Shown: positions 9,834 to 20,188, counted from the stretch's first letter. The stretch: 64,000 nucleotides of DNA from Candidatus Woesearchaeota archaeon (GCA_016187565.1 JACPJR010000031.1:9796-73795); one strand, 5' to 3'. The notes: a model not told the origin generated them from the sequence alone. Numbers and translations are program-made.

Positions 9834-9916
9834 ATCTTTACCAATCTCTTTCCCAAAGCAAGAAGTTATATTCCTCGAAGAAGAGAGTAATGGCGAGGGT
9901 CAAGGAGGGTAAGAAA

Positions 9917-10348
9917 ATGGGATTTTTTTCACGTATTAAAGAAACAATCCTTGGTTCTGATGAAGAAGACGAGATGGAAGGCGAAGGAGAGTATGTTGAT
10001 GATTATGTCCAGCTCGATAGCACTGAACAAAAAGCTGATAAGAGTAAACTCGTTGTTCGCCCTTATGTGCTTGATGATTTTTCTGATGTAAAGGAAATCC
10101 TTGATGCAATACGAACAGGAAAAACTATTGCATTGATTAATATCCGTCCATTAAAGGATAAGGATCTTATTGAGCTAAAGCGAGCGGTAAACAAATTAAA
10201 GAAAACAACCGATGTAATTGATGGGGATATTGCTGGGTTTGGCGATGATTATCTCGTTGTAACACCTGCAATAGCACAGATCTATCGCAACAAACAAACG
10301 ACGGTTGTAAACGCTTCTGAACAATCTTCTGCCCAGGAGAATATGTAG
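9917..10348 (+). CDS. sepF: Cell division protein SepF (archaeal type)
   Basis: Amphipathic MGFFSRIKE N-terminus, ELKRAVNKLK and GDIAGFGDDYLVVTP. ATG 9917 follows GGAGG (the track starts at 9890). Confidence 0.9.
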   Translation: MGFFSRIKETILGSDEEDEMEGEGEYVDDYVQLDSTEQKADKSKLVVRPYVLDDFSDVKEILDAIRTGKTIALINIRPLKDKDLIELKRAVNKLKKTTDVIDGDIAGFGDDYLVVTPAIAQIYRNKQTTVVNASEQSSAQENM

Positions 10349-10412
10349 CTCTTTGCAACGCTTATGCTTAATTAAAATATAAAGCGTAAACTTTTTATAG
10401 TCGCAGGGATCT

Positions 10413-10994
10413 ATGGAATGTATGGCAGAGACCAACGATAATGAACAGCAATCTTCTGAGCAGCAACCTTCTGGAGATGGTATAGATATCTTGAAAAATC
10501 AGCCGTGTCCTTTTTGTCATACAAATAACCTCATACTCAGCGAACAGGTCGTTGAAGTTCCTTACTTTAATAAATTGTATCTTTTTTCCATGCAGTGTAA
10601 TCATTGTCATGTCAAGAAATCTGATGTGGAGGCACTTGAGAAAAAAGAGTCTTCACGCTTTACGCTTGAAGTAACAGGTGAAGAAGACATGAACATCCGT
10701 ATTGTACGATCGAGCGAAGCAACGATTAAGATCCCGCATGTAACTACCATTACCCCAGGGATGGGTGCAGAAGGGTACATTACCAATGTTGAGGGTCTGC
10801 TTCAGCGGGTTAAGCAGCAGATTGATGTTGTTCGTGAAGAAGAGGAAGATAAAAGCACAAAAAAGAAAGCCAAAAATCTTGTGAAAAAATTACAGCGAGT
10901 TATGTTTGGTCAGGAAAAACTCAAAATCATTATTGAAGATCCAACAGGAAATAGTGCTATCATCTCTCCGAAGGCAATCCAAACTAAGTTATGA
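10413..10994 (+). CDS. ZPR1-type zinc finger protein
   Basis: CPFC...VPYF...CNHC, ITNVEGLL and IIEDPTGNSAI motifs; the start may be 10422. Confidence 0.92.
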   Translation: MECMAETNDNEQQSSEQQPSGDGIDILKNQPCPFCHTNNLILSEQVVEVPYFNKLYLFSMQCNHCHVKKSDVEALEKKESSRFTLEVTGEEDMNIRIVRSSEATIKIPHVTTITPGMGAEGYITNVEGLLQRVKQQIDVVREEEEDKSTKKKAKNLVKKLQRVMFGQEKLKIIIEDPTGNSAIISPKAIQTKL

Positions 10995-11102
10995 TGATGT
11001 TGTAGAGTGTTCACCTGATACATGAGAGCAAAAAAACATAATTCTCTTATGAAACAAGCCAAAGATACAGCTCAGAAAAATACGAGAAATACCATGAACT
11101 CC

Positions 11103-11546
11103 ATGAACCTTGTCATAGGATCTGATCATGCAGGCTTTGCCCTCAAGGAGCAATTAAAAACCTATCTTCAGAAAAAAGGATATAGGGTTGAGGATAAAGG
11201 TGTTTTCAGCGTAAATCCTGCTGATTATCCCTCTGTTGGACAAACCGTAGCTCAACAAGTAGCAAAAAAACATGAGCGTGGCATACTTATTTGTGGTACA
11301 GGTATTGGTATGTCTATTGTTGCCAACAAAGTGAAAGGCATTCGTGCAGCACTCTGCCATGACCTGAAGACCGCTCAGGCAAGTCGAGAGCATAATGATG
11401 CAAATGTCCTTTGTCTCGGGGGAAGAATTCTTGATACAGAAACTGCCCAAAGGATTACTGATGTTTGGTTAATGACTCCTTTCTCAAGTGAGGAACGTCA
11501 TCATCGAAGAATAAAACTTATCGATAGTATCGAGAAAGAATGTTAG
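11103..11546 (+). CDS. rpiB: Ribose-5-phosphate isomerase B
   Basis: IGSDHAG, DYP, ICGTGIGMSIVANK, REHNDANVL and RHHRRI motifs (the track starts at 11022). Confidence 0.95.
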   Translation: MNLVIGSDHAGFALKEQLKTYLQKKGYRVEDKGVFSVNPADYPSVGQTVAQQVAKKHERGILICGTGIGMSIVANKVKGIRAALCHDLKTAQASREHNDANVLCLGGRILDTETAQRITDVWLMTPFSSEERHHRRIKLIDSIEKEC

Positions 11547-11588
11547 AAGGTTAATGTATCTGTTTATTATCTTAACTCTTTGCCAAAA

Positions 11589-13184
11589 ATGAATAGCATT
11601 CCTAAGTGTATCCGTGAAATCTCGGAACAGGACATTGGAAGAATATCTCTGTTTGAGGTACAGGTAATTGACGTCCAACAAACGACTGGCCCAACACTCT
11701 TTTTTTTTGGTGATGGAACCGGAAAGGTTATGGCAAAGGCATTTGTTGGTCCTGGGCAGCGTGCATTTCCCAAACTTAATCCAGGAGATGTTATTCATGT
11801 GCGTATTGCGTTAACACAAATATTTCCTACCTTTGAGGGAACATTACAGGGATATACTCCTCTTGAGGGAAATGATCGTACCATGGCGTTACAGGTCATT
11901 CAAGAACGCATGGATGAACGAACAGAGCCAGAACAAACGAGCTTTTTGGTTTCTTCTTCTGTGTTGGATAGTCTGAGGCCACATATCCTTCAGGCAGTAA
12001 AAGTAATCCGCTATGCGATTCTTGAAGCAAGGCCTATTCTTCTCAGGCATCATGCTGATTGTGATGGTTATTGCGGTGCTCTTGCACTTGAACAAGCGAT
12101 CTTACCGCAGATAAAAAAAGAACATGGAGAAGATGCGTTACGAAAAAGATTATGGAAAAGAATTCCCTCCAAAACACCCTTTTATGATTACACCGATGCA
12201 CTCAAGGATATTACCTCAAGCCTTACTGATATACAGCGTTTACGGACAAAAGAACCTTTGATCATTGTTGTGGATAATGGTTCTACCCAAGATGATTTGT
12301 TCGCTCTCCAAAAATTACGGTTGTATGGTTGTCAGCTTTTGGTTATTGACCATCATGATCCAGGTAGGATCGTTGAGGGTAAATCTCTCGTGGATGCATT
12401 TCTGGATGCACATGTAAATCCTTATCTTGTTGGCGGCAATAAACAGCTTACAGCAGGGATGTTAGCTGCGGAAATTGCCCGATGGATATCCACAAGTGCA
12501 CGCGTACCAGCATTTTTGCCTGCCTTGAGTGGTATTGCAGATCGGAGTACAGGTTCAGAGTTTCAGGCATACATCAAACTTGCCTATGATGCAGGTTATG
12601 TCCCTCACTATCTTGAGGATCTTGCCGTGTGCGTTGATTTTGAAGCATCGTACTTAAAATACCTTGAATCATCGCTTATTGATGATCTTCTCACGAGTCC
12701 TCTCCAGACTCAACAATCCTTTCTCTTACATCTCAAAAAGGAGATTGAAACCAGAAAACAGCAATACCTTGCTTTATTCCAGTATTATGTGCGTGTTGAG
12801 CATCGACAGGCATTTATTCTTGCAACATTAGACTTGGATTCAATTGATGTACGAGGAGAATGGCCGTCGAGAGGTAAGATTACGGGTATGGCTTTTCGAT
12901 TTATCTTAAGCAAATACCAAAAAGAAGGTCAAGGAGAAAAGCCTCTTGTGCCTATTATCTTTTTAGGTATAGGAAATACTGCTCTTACTGTTCGTGCTAC
13001 TGAGGGGACGGCATTTAACCTGAACACGATGATTTATGAAATGAAGAAACGGTTTCCTTATGCTATGATTCATGGAGGAGGTCATGATGTTGCTGGCACA
13101 CTCATGTTTATCGAAGCTGCAAAGCCAGAGATTATGAATTTTGTTGCTATCTACCTCAATGCCTTGTTTTCTGTTGAAAAGTAA
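11589..13184 (+). CDS. RecJ-like DHH-family phosphoesterase with N-terminal OB fold
   Basis: RHHADCDG, VDNGS, IDHH and C-terminal GGGH motifs. Confidence 0.85.
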   Translation: MNSIPKCIREISEQDIGRISLFEVQVIDVQQTTGPTLFFFGDGTGKVMAKAFVGPGQRAFPKLNPGDVIHVRIALTQIFPTFEGTLQGYTPLEGNDRTMALQVIQERMDERTEPEQTSFLVSSSVLDSLRPHILQAVKVIRYAILEARPILLRHHADCDGYCGALALEQAILPQIKKEHGEDALRKRLWKRIPSKTPFYDYTDALKDITSSLTDIQRLRTKEPLIIVVDNGSTQDDLFALQKLRLYGCQLLVIDHHDPGRIVEGKSLVDAFLDAHVNPYLVGGNKQLTAGMLAAEIARWISTSARVPAFLPALSGIADRSTGSEFQAYIKLAYDAGYVPHYLEDLAVCVDFEASYLKYLESSLIDDLLTSPLQTQQSFLLHLKKEIETRKQQYLALFQYYVRVEHRQAFILATLDLDSIDVRGEWPSRGKITGMAFRFILSKYQKEGQGEKPLVPIIFLGIGNTALTVRATEGTAFNLNTMIYEMKKRFPYAMIHGGGHDVAGTLMFIEAAKPEIMNFVAIYLNALFSVEK

Positions 13185-13253
13185 ACGATACAACTCTTGG
13201 TGGTATTCTTATAACAATACCATAAATAATTTTGTCTTTTTCTCCTTTTTCTC

Positions 13254-14201
13254 TTATAAGAATTTAATGTCTTGTGTGGTATTAAATCTATCAAACGTTT
13301 CCATTCCTTGCTCTAACTCTATTCCTCTTAATGCTTGCTGTTGGTCATGTTTTTCATCTTGCCAACCAATAAAAATTCTTGTGTCACTTCTTCGTGCGTC
13401 AATCTCTGCCTTCATTCTTCGTAATGCTTCTTTTGAATCTTCCAGACTTGCACGAGGATGATCTGGATATATAGCTCTACTTCTCTTCGATGGATAATAG
13501 GGATGAAAATTAAAATCTATGGGTGCTCCATATCTTTCTCCTAGATTCAAACCAGAACGGAGTGTTTCAACTGCTTCCCTTATTGCTTCTTCCCCAATTA
13601 ATTCTGGTGGTTGAAATACAATATTAACATCAATGCCCACGTTCCCTTTATATTCTCCTGCAACTTCAAAAGCCTTTTCAATTTTCTCTCTCTTCATTTT
13701 CTTATTAAGTTTTCCAATTCTCACTTCATCACTTTGAGATTCAACTCCTAAAATAACTCTTGCTTGTTGGTCTCCTCTTAATCTACCAACTAAATAATCC
13801 AATGAATCCTCAGTTACATACATCTCTCGTGAATCAAAAGATACAATGCTACATCGATTTAAAGATGAAGCATACGCTGCAATATTTTCCAATGTCATTC
13901 TTGACATTTCTGCTTTATTCAATGTTGAGCCTGAATTATACACTACCAAATGTTCTACATTCCTGAGAACATCACCATAATACTGTATGAAAAATTCTAG
14001 TCTCTTTTTGTTCATCTCAGTTGTAAATGGTGTTCCTTCTCCTGCTCCAATATCACAATGATAGCATTGCCTTGCTGTATAAAATGGGCATTCTCCACCT
14101 TTGAACTCATTGCCAAACACCAAAGCGAGCCGACTTCCATACGTATCTCTAACAGGATCAAACATGATCGATGCATCTGGAATCGCTGGGTTATCTGCCA
14201 T
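13254..14201 (-). CDS. Radical SAM protein, RaSEA/TIGR01210-like
   Basis: Expanded CPFYTARQCYHC (CX7CX2C) motif, plus YNSGS, DSREMYV and LGVESQSDEVR..LNK. GGAGG SD; overlaps the upstream gene by 11 nt. Confidence 0.75.
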   Translation of the reverse strand: MADNPAIPDASIMFDPVRDTYGSRLALVFGNEFKGGECPFYTARQCYHCDIGAGEGTPFTTEMNKKRLEFFIQYYGDVLRNVEHLVVYNSGSTLNKAEMSRMTLENIAAYASSLNRCSIVSFDSREMYVTEDSLDYLVGRLRGDQQARVILGVESQSDEVRIGKLNKKMKREKIEKAFEVAGEYKGNVGIDVNIVFQPPELIGEEAIREAVETLRSGLNLGERYGAPIDFNFHPYYPSKRSRAIYPDHPRASLEDSKEALRRMKAEIDARRSDTRIFIGWQDEKHDQQQALRGIELEQGMETFDRFNTTQDIKFL

Positions 14202-15915
14202 TGTTCTCCTCCCTCGAGACTAAGAAATTGCCAATAGCAAGATAATCAATTCTCGTTTTGAGAAATGTACTAACAGCATCTTGCGGACTGCAAACTATTG
14301 GTTCTCTATCATTAAACGACGTATTCAGAATAAGAGGTACTCCTGTAAGAGCTTCAAATTCCTGTATGAGTTTGTAATATTTGGGATTTGTTCCTTCTCT
14401 AACCGTTTGAATTCTACTTGTTCCGTCAACATGAGTGACCGCAGAAATTACGCCTTTCTTCTCATCGTTTACACGGTAAGCAAAAAGCATAAAGTCAGAT
14501 GAAATTGACTTTTGAGGAATACTAAACCAATCATCAGCGTTATCTACTAATACCGACGGAGCAAATGGTCTGAAATATTCTCTATGTTTTACTTTCATGT
14601 TCAGAATATCTCTCATCTTAGGGTTGCGAGGATCAGCAAGAAGTGACCTGTTGCCCAATGCTCTTGGTCCAACTTCCATTCGTCCCTGAAACCATCCAAC
14701 AACATTACCATCTGCAACTAGCTTTGCGACTTCTTTTTCTATCTCTTCAACATGAACATACGTGAGCCTATTTTCGTCCAATGCCTGTCTGATCTCTTCT
14801 TGAGAATATTCTGGCCCAAAATAGGCATGGTCCATAACAAAACTTCTCGGATTTCCTAATTGATGATTCCAGATAAAATAAGCCGCTCCGATTGCAGTTC
14901 CTGCATCATGTGCTGCTGGTTGAATGTACACATCCTTAAATGGGCCTTTCTCGAGAAGAATGCTATTAGCAACACAATTGAGAGCAACTCCCCCAGCGAG
15001 ACATACGTTTGAGCTTCCGGTAGATTCGGAGAGATGATGAGCAAGTTTGAGCAGAATTTCTTCGGTGATTCTCTGTAATGCTGCTGCAATATCTGCGTGT
15101 CTTTCTTCTAATTCATCGTGGGGGTCTCTTTTACGTCCTAAAATTTGTTCTAAACCACTATGATCATTACCTCTAAATCTTACTACGGTGTGATCAACAG
15201 TAAAGCCTCTTGTACCAACGTTTACAAATTGTCTTAATGTATCATAATATCGGTTAGGGTCTCCATAGGAAGCCAATCCCATTACTTTACCGGCATCGTA
15301 TTCGGTAAACCCCAGAAATATTGAGAGTTTTTCCCACAAGAATCCTAAACTATGAGGGTAGTTAATACTCTTCAATAGCCTTATCTTGTTTCCTTCTCCT
15401 TTGGAGAGAGTTGTTGATTCAATTTCTCCAATACCATCAACTACTAAAATAGCTGCTTCTTCAAATGGAGAGACAAAATAAGCACTTCCTGCATGAGAGG
15501 TATGGTGGTCAATCCAGTGAAATCTTTCTCTCATGTCAAGCTCATAAATATCTGACAATTTTTGAGGTACTTGCCGAAGTTTCTCGTAAAAAAGAGATTC
15601 TCCCGTGTTACTGCCCCAATCTCCTTCAATAACCAGATCATGAAATTCTTTATTTCTTCCCTTATTTCTTAGCCTCTTTGCTGGACTAAAAGAACTGGCA
15701 ATGTAATCAACTTCTGCAAGAGTAATTCCTGCTTTTTCCAAGCAAAAATTGATGGTATTTATAGGAAGCTCATCAGGATTATCAATTTGTGCTGGTTTTG
15801 CGTGCTTTATCCTATTGAAACGTTCTTCTTCAGCTACCGCTACCATTGAGCCATCTTTAATCAGACATGCTGAAGATTCATGATAGGCATGGTTTATTCC
15901 AAGGAGGTATGTCAT
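14191..15915 (-). CDS. O-carbamoyltransferase (NodU/CmcH/TobZ family)
   Basis: EEERFNRIKH, HHTSHA, VDGIGE, GKVMGLA, GGVALN, EVGPRALGNRS, FRPFAP and NTSFN motifs. Confidence 0.95.
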   Translation of the reverse strand: MTYLLGINHAYHESSACLIKDGSMVAVAEEERFNRIKHAKPAQIDNPDELPINTINFCLEKAGITLAEVDYIASSFSPAKRLRNKGRNKEFHDLVIEGDWGSNTGESLFYEKLRQVPQKLSDIYELDMRERFHWIDHHTSHAGSAYFVSPFEEAAILVVDGIGEIESTTLSKGEGNKIRLLKSINYPHSLGFLWEKLSIFLGFTEYDAGKVMGLASYGDPNRYYDTLRQFVNVGTRGFTVDHTVVRFRGNDHSGLEQILGRKRDPHDELEERHADIAAALQRITEEILLKLAHHLSESTGSSNVCLAGGVALNCVANSILLEKGPFKDVYIQPAAHDAGTAIGAAYFIWNHQLGNPRSFVMDHAYFGPEYSQEEIRQALDENRLTYVHVEEIEKEVAKLVADGNVVGWFQGRMEVGPRALGNRSLLADPRNPKMRDILNMKVKHREYFRPFAPSVLVDNADDWFSIPQKSISSDFMLFAYRVNDEKKGVISAVTHVDGTSRIQTVREGTNPKYYKLIQEFEALTGVPLILNTSFNDREPIVCSPQDAVSTFLKTRIDYLAIGNFLVSREENNGR

Positions 15916-15973
15916 GGTATCTAATTGACCACTTTATTGTAGTTACTATTGTGGAGGATTACTTAAAGTTTTG

Positions 15974-15991
15974 TCGCACTTTAAAGTACGA
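15974..15991. promoter_or_regulatory. Putative operator palindrome between divergent promoters
   Basis: TCGCACTTTAAAGTACGA (18 bp, one mismatched pair), flanked by minus-strand CTTTAAGT at 15961-15968 and TTTATATA at 15995-16002. Confidence 0.55.
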
Positions 15992-16024
15992 AAATTTATA
16001 TAGGATCAAGTTTTCCTATGAAGT

Positions 16025-16744
16025 ATGCATGAACAACAACTCAAAGAATTAGGGTTAACTGACAATGAAGTGAGGATTTACCTACTTTTGTTGGAGTATG
16101 GAATGACAAATCCCTCAGAAATTTCTCAAAAATTAGGATTACATAGGGGATATGTCTATGATGCACTTGAAAGAATGCAGGAAAAAGAGGTGGTTAATGT
16201 TCTTCTTAAAATGAACAAAAAATATTATCAAGCTACTAACCCTCAAAATCTTATTGAGCTGTTAAAATTCAGATTAGAAAGCCTTGAAAAAGCAGTGCCC
16301 GATTTAATGAAATTAGCAACATTGAAGAAAGAAGAAACAAAAGTAGAACTTCACCGAGGAAAGCGAATTTATAGAGTCCTCCTCAACGATATGGTTTCAA
16401 CGTTAAGGAAGAACGATAAAGCATATTTAGTAGGCATTGATGAAGATGTTTTAATGGAGGAAGTAGAGCCGATCTATCTTAAACAATATCTGAATACGAT
16501 GAAGTCTAGAAACATCAAAGAAAAAATAATTGTAAAAACTGGCGCTACAAAAATAAAAAATCCTCATCTTGAATACAAAGAACTGGATAGCAAATATATA
16601 GGAAAAACAGCACAGATAATATATAATGATAAAGTCGCTATTTTTATTCTAGGAACACCTTATTACCTTATTGTGATTGAGAATAAAGAAGTCGCCGAAA
16701 CTTATAGAAAACAGTTTAATCTTTTGTGGAACATAGCAAAATAA
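16025..16744 (+). CDS. TrmB-family transcriptional regulator
   Basis: LKELGLTDNEVRIYLLLL winged-HTH start, VYDALERM, and a C-terminal effector domain ending YRKQFNLLW. Confidence 0.9.
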   Translation: MHEQQLKELGLTDNEVRIYLLLLEYGMTNPSEISQKLGLHRGYVYDALERMQEKEVVNVLLKMNKKYYQATNPQNLIELLKFRLESLEKAVPDLMKLATLKKEETKVELHRGKRIYRVLLNDMVSTLRKNDKAYLVGIDEDVLMEEVEPIYLKQYLNTMKSRNIKEKIIVKTGATKIKNPHLEYKELDSKYIGKTAQIIYNDKVAIFILGTPYYLIVIENKEVAETYRKQFNLLWNIAK

Positions 16745-16824
16745 CCGTCTCCCGCCTTTGTTGTTGTTATTTTTGTAGTTATCACTTATAAAAATCACTC
16801 AGAAATTATTTTGTTCCTGATTTC

Positions 16825-16880
16825 CGAAACATTTATATATTATTACTAAAATGTAATAGTTCTATTATATAAAAGTAATA
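16825..16880 (+). promoter_or_regulatory. BRE/TATA followed by two palindromic operators
   Basis: CGAAACATTTATATAT, then TATTAC-N6-GTAATA (16841-16858) and TATTAT-N6-GTAATA (16863-16880), 22 bp apart. Confidence 0.65.
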
Positions 16881-17489
16881 ATGATCTCTCCTGAAAACTA
16901 CATGAATATGAACAACAACCTTAAAGTGTTAAAATTATTCGTTGATAATAAGGACAAAACATTTACGATAAAAAAAGTAGCTGAGTCCTTGAGAATGAAT
17001 TATAAAATAGTCTATGAAGAAATCATGAAATTAGCCCAAGAGGAGTTAATAAATATAACCAAACATGGGAATGCAAAGGTTTGTGTTTTTAATTACCGAT
17101 TTCATAGCAAAATTGTTGAAATTGAGGAAACGAAAAAGGAAGAATTATTCAAAAGCAAAAGCCTAAAATTAATCTACAAAAGAATCAAAGACGTAAAAAG
17201 TCCGTTCTATTGTTTAATTCTTTTTGGGTCCTATGCAAACAAAACTAATCAAAAAGGCTCAGATATTGATTTATGTTTAATAACTGATAATCAGCAAATA
17301 AGCAGGGACATAAATGCAATATTAAGCATAACTCCTATAAGCGTCCATTTGCAGGAATTTAATTCAGACCAGTTTCTAGCCATGCTAAAAAGCAAAGAAT
17401 TCAATGTTGGCAACGAAATTGTAAGAAACAATATAATTCTTTATGGGGTCGAAGCATTTTATGAGCTGGTAAACGATGTTAAACAATGA
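16881..17489 (+). CDS. wHTH + minimal nucleotidyltransferase (MNT-type antitoxin-like)
   Basis: N-terminal HTH; LILFGSYA...SDIDL polymerase-beta motif. Confidence 0.85.
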   Translation: MISPENYMNMNNNLKVLKLFVDNKDKTFTIKKVAESLRMNYKIVYEEIMKLAQEELINITKHGNAKVCVFNYRFHSKIVEIEETKKEELFKSKSLKLIYKRIKDVKSPFYCLILFGSYANKTNQKGSDIDLCLITDNQQISRDINAILSITPISVHLQEFNSDQFLAMLKSKEFNVGNEIVRNNIILYGVEAFYELVNDVKQ

Positions 17490-17559
17490 ACGAATAAAAG
17501 AAGCCGAAAAAAATGTTAAGTCCTATTTGTTGGATGGATTAATCAAAAAAGAGTATAGT
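17476..17559 (+). pseudogene. 5' remnant of the MNT partner gene (probably HEPN toxin)
   Basis: Starts overlapping the MNT stop. About 28 codons (MLNNERIKEAEKNVKSYLLDGLIKKE) precede a direct run into the antisense of the gap stop codon. Confidence 0.55.
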
Positions 17560-18564
<1,005 letters not shown>

Positions 18565-18673
18565 TCAATCAATTCAATGGTTGTTTACCTTGCTGCTTCA
18601 TAACTTGTTGTCTTTTTTGTATAAACCAACGGTAAGCGAACATCATACGTTATATAAACCTTGCTAAGGTCGC

Positions 18674-19876
18674 TTAAAGTGAGATATGCCACTGGCGGCC
18701 ATAACTCAGATCATCTTCTCTGAGAGACCCTACCCGGCCATCCCCCATAGTCTCTTTGTTATGTTCATCACCAGGAAGAGGGGTGCCTTGAACCCGCATC
18801 TGATGACGGTACACTACCTCAAACCGTTCTACGAGCTCTTGTGGCTCAAATCTTGCAGGCTTTAGATCAAGATTAAAGAGATTGGGAGCTATGAACAGAA
18901 GAAAGGTCATTGTTTTGTGTAAATCACTCAGCTGTACCTTTTTCCTAGCTCGGTACAAGTTGTGCCACCCTTTGTCGGTAAACCCCTCAAGAGGAAAGAG
19001 TTTTGTACAGTATTCAATACGACAGTTTCCATATCCTCCTTCGCCGAGCTCAAATCGTACATCGAAGCTATCGTCTGCTGCATCATAGAGAATAAACCAA
19101 TAACCCATATGATAGCCGAGTTTACTGATCCACCAGAAACTTCGTTTGGTTATGAATCCACCTGCTACGCAATCGCGAGAAGATGCAATACCTCTATTGT
19201 AATGCTCAAATGCACGGACTATTGCGCCCATAGGACTCTTGAGAATTTCCTCAGGGACGGGTAATGTGTCTGGAGAAGAGATATGATGATGCCTACTGAG
19301 TTCATAGATACCATAACCCTCTGACAAACGCTCTGCCACTCTTCCAAAACTCCCTACTGCTTGTTCATGCATAACTCTCACATAATCTTCAAGCGTTGTG
19401 ATGGAAGATACCATAAGATGCGGACTACTGTCTGCAGCCAATATTCTTCGAAAAGAATCAAAGGGTTCTCGAATAAGAGGATGGATAAAGGGAGAATCAA
19501 CCGTACTCTGGGCCATCACCGGTTGATGATAGCCAAAGGTAAAGAGATAGTGAAGCTCTCGTGTAGCTTCTCCCAGTTTTCTCAGGAGATGAGTTTTTTT
19601 ACCTTTGAGTAGGGTTTTATTAACTTTAGGTATCTCTTCAAGATCATCAACATAATCAGTCAATGTAGTGATGGCATCCTCTAAAGCCTTGAACTGTTCG
19701 GGAAGTGCATCCTTTTGTCTATAGCTCTCTCCAACAAGGGCTCTACGAAAAACTGCTTCACCCAATACGCCCATCTCTTCTAAGGCGCGCCGATTGAGCC
19801 CATGGAAAGAGTCAACTTCCTGTTCTAAACCAATGCTTGGATCACTGGCCCCCAAAATCTTTGTGTAGATACTCAC
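18674..19876 (-). CDS. Hypothetical protein, possibly a remote homologue of the C-terminal region of PEP-synthase-like proteins
   Basis: 400 aa ORF with GTG start; TLEDYVRVMHEQAV and SKLGYH segments. Confidence 0.6.
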   Translation of the reverse strand: MSIYTKILGASDPSIGLEQEVDSFHGLNRRALEEMGVLGEAVFRRALVGESYRQKDALPEQFKALEDAITTLTDYVDDLEEIPKVNKTLLKGKKTHLLRKLGEATRELHYLFTFGYHQPVMAQSTVDSPFIHPLIREPFDSFRRILAADSSPHLMVSSITTLEDYVRVMHEQAVGSFGRVAERLSEGYGIYELSRHHHISSPDTLPVPEEILKSPMGAIVRAFEHYNRGIASSRDCVAGGFITKRSFWWISKLGYHMGYWFILYDAADDSFDVRFELGEGGYGNCRIEYCTKLFPLEGFTDKGWHNLYRARKKVQLSDLHKTMTFLLFIAPNLFNLDLKPARFEPQELVERFEVVYRHQMRVQGTPLPGDEHNKETMGDGRVGSLREDDLSYGRQWHISL

Positions 19877-19923
19877 CTATCAAGAATGATGGTGATCTTT
19901 AAAAATTTTGAGGAAACACAGAG

Positions 19924-19937
19924 AAAAAATAAAAAAA
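19924..19937 (-). terminator. Oligo(T) terminator after the tRNA
   Basis: TTTTTTTATTTTTT on the minus strand, about 12 nt past the tRNA 3' end. Confidence 0.5.
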
Positions 19938-19948
19938 TGGGAAGAAAG

Positions 19949-20023
19949 TAGCGGGGAGAGGATTTGAACCTCCGACCTGAGGGTTATGAGCCCTCCGGGC
20001 ACTCCTGACTGCCCTACCCCGCT
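19949..20023 (-). tRNA. Initiator tRNA-Met (CAT)
   Basis: The reverse complement folds as AGCGGGG-TA-GGGC/GCCC-GAGGG-CTCATAA-CCCTC-AGGTC-GGAGG-TTCAAAT-CCTCT-CCCCGCT-A. It has an A1-U72 pair and three G-C pairs in the anticodon stem; CCA is not encoded and there is no intron. Confidence 0.97.
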
Positions 20024-20050
20024 GTAGAGGAGGAAGAGATTTGACCCAGC

Positions 20051-20058
20051 TTTATAAA
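20051..20058 (-). promoter_or_regulatory. TATA box of the tRNA gene
   Basis: TTTATAAA 27 nt upstream of the tRNA 5' end, with purine-rich CAAAAGC upstream. Confidence 0.7.
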
Positions 20059-20113
20059 GCTTTTGGGAGGGCGTTTCTTTAACAGTACTCAGGTGGATCT
20101 ATAATCGATAGGC

Positions 20114-20121
20114 TTTATATA
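20114..20121 (+). promoter_or_regulatory. TATA box at the head of the glycan locus
   Basis: CGATAGGC-TTTATATA upstream of the first sugar gene. Confidence 0.6.
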
Positions 20122-20188
20122 TAAGCGCCGCTTCCATCCACCAAAATAAAGAGAGGAGTTAACCTTCAAACTTGACGACGTGGTTGGG

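Noticed and set aside
9818-16840. Identical 16-mer CGAAACATTTATATAT as direct repeats bounding a mobile element
   Set aside because: Both copies sit at promoter positions and match the BRE+TATA consensus; a similar sequence occurs near 55845.
19949-20023. tRNA as an integration site for the glycan locus or accessory block
   Set aside because: No duplicated tRNA 3' end and no integrase were seen in the window.
20048-20061. 14-bp perfect palindrome AGCTTTATAAAGCT as an operator
   Set aside because: It is centred on the self-complementary tRNA TATA box, so it adds only three further pairs.
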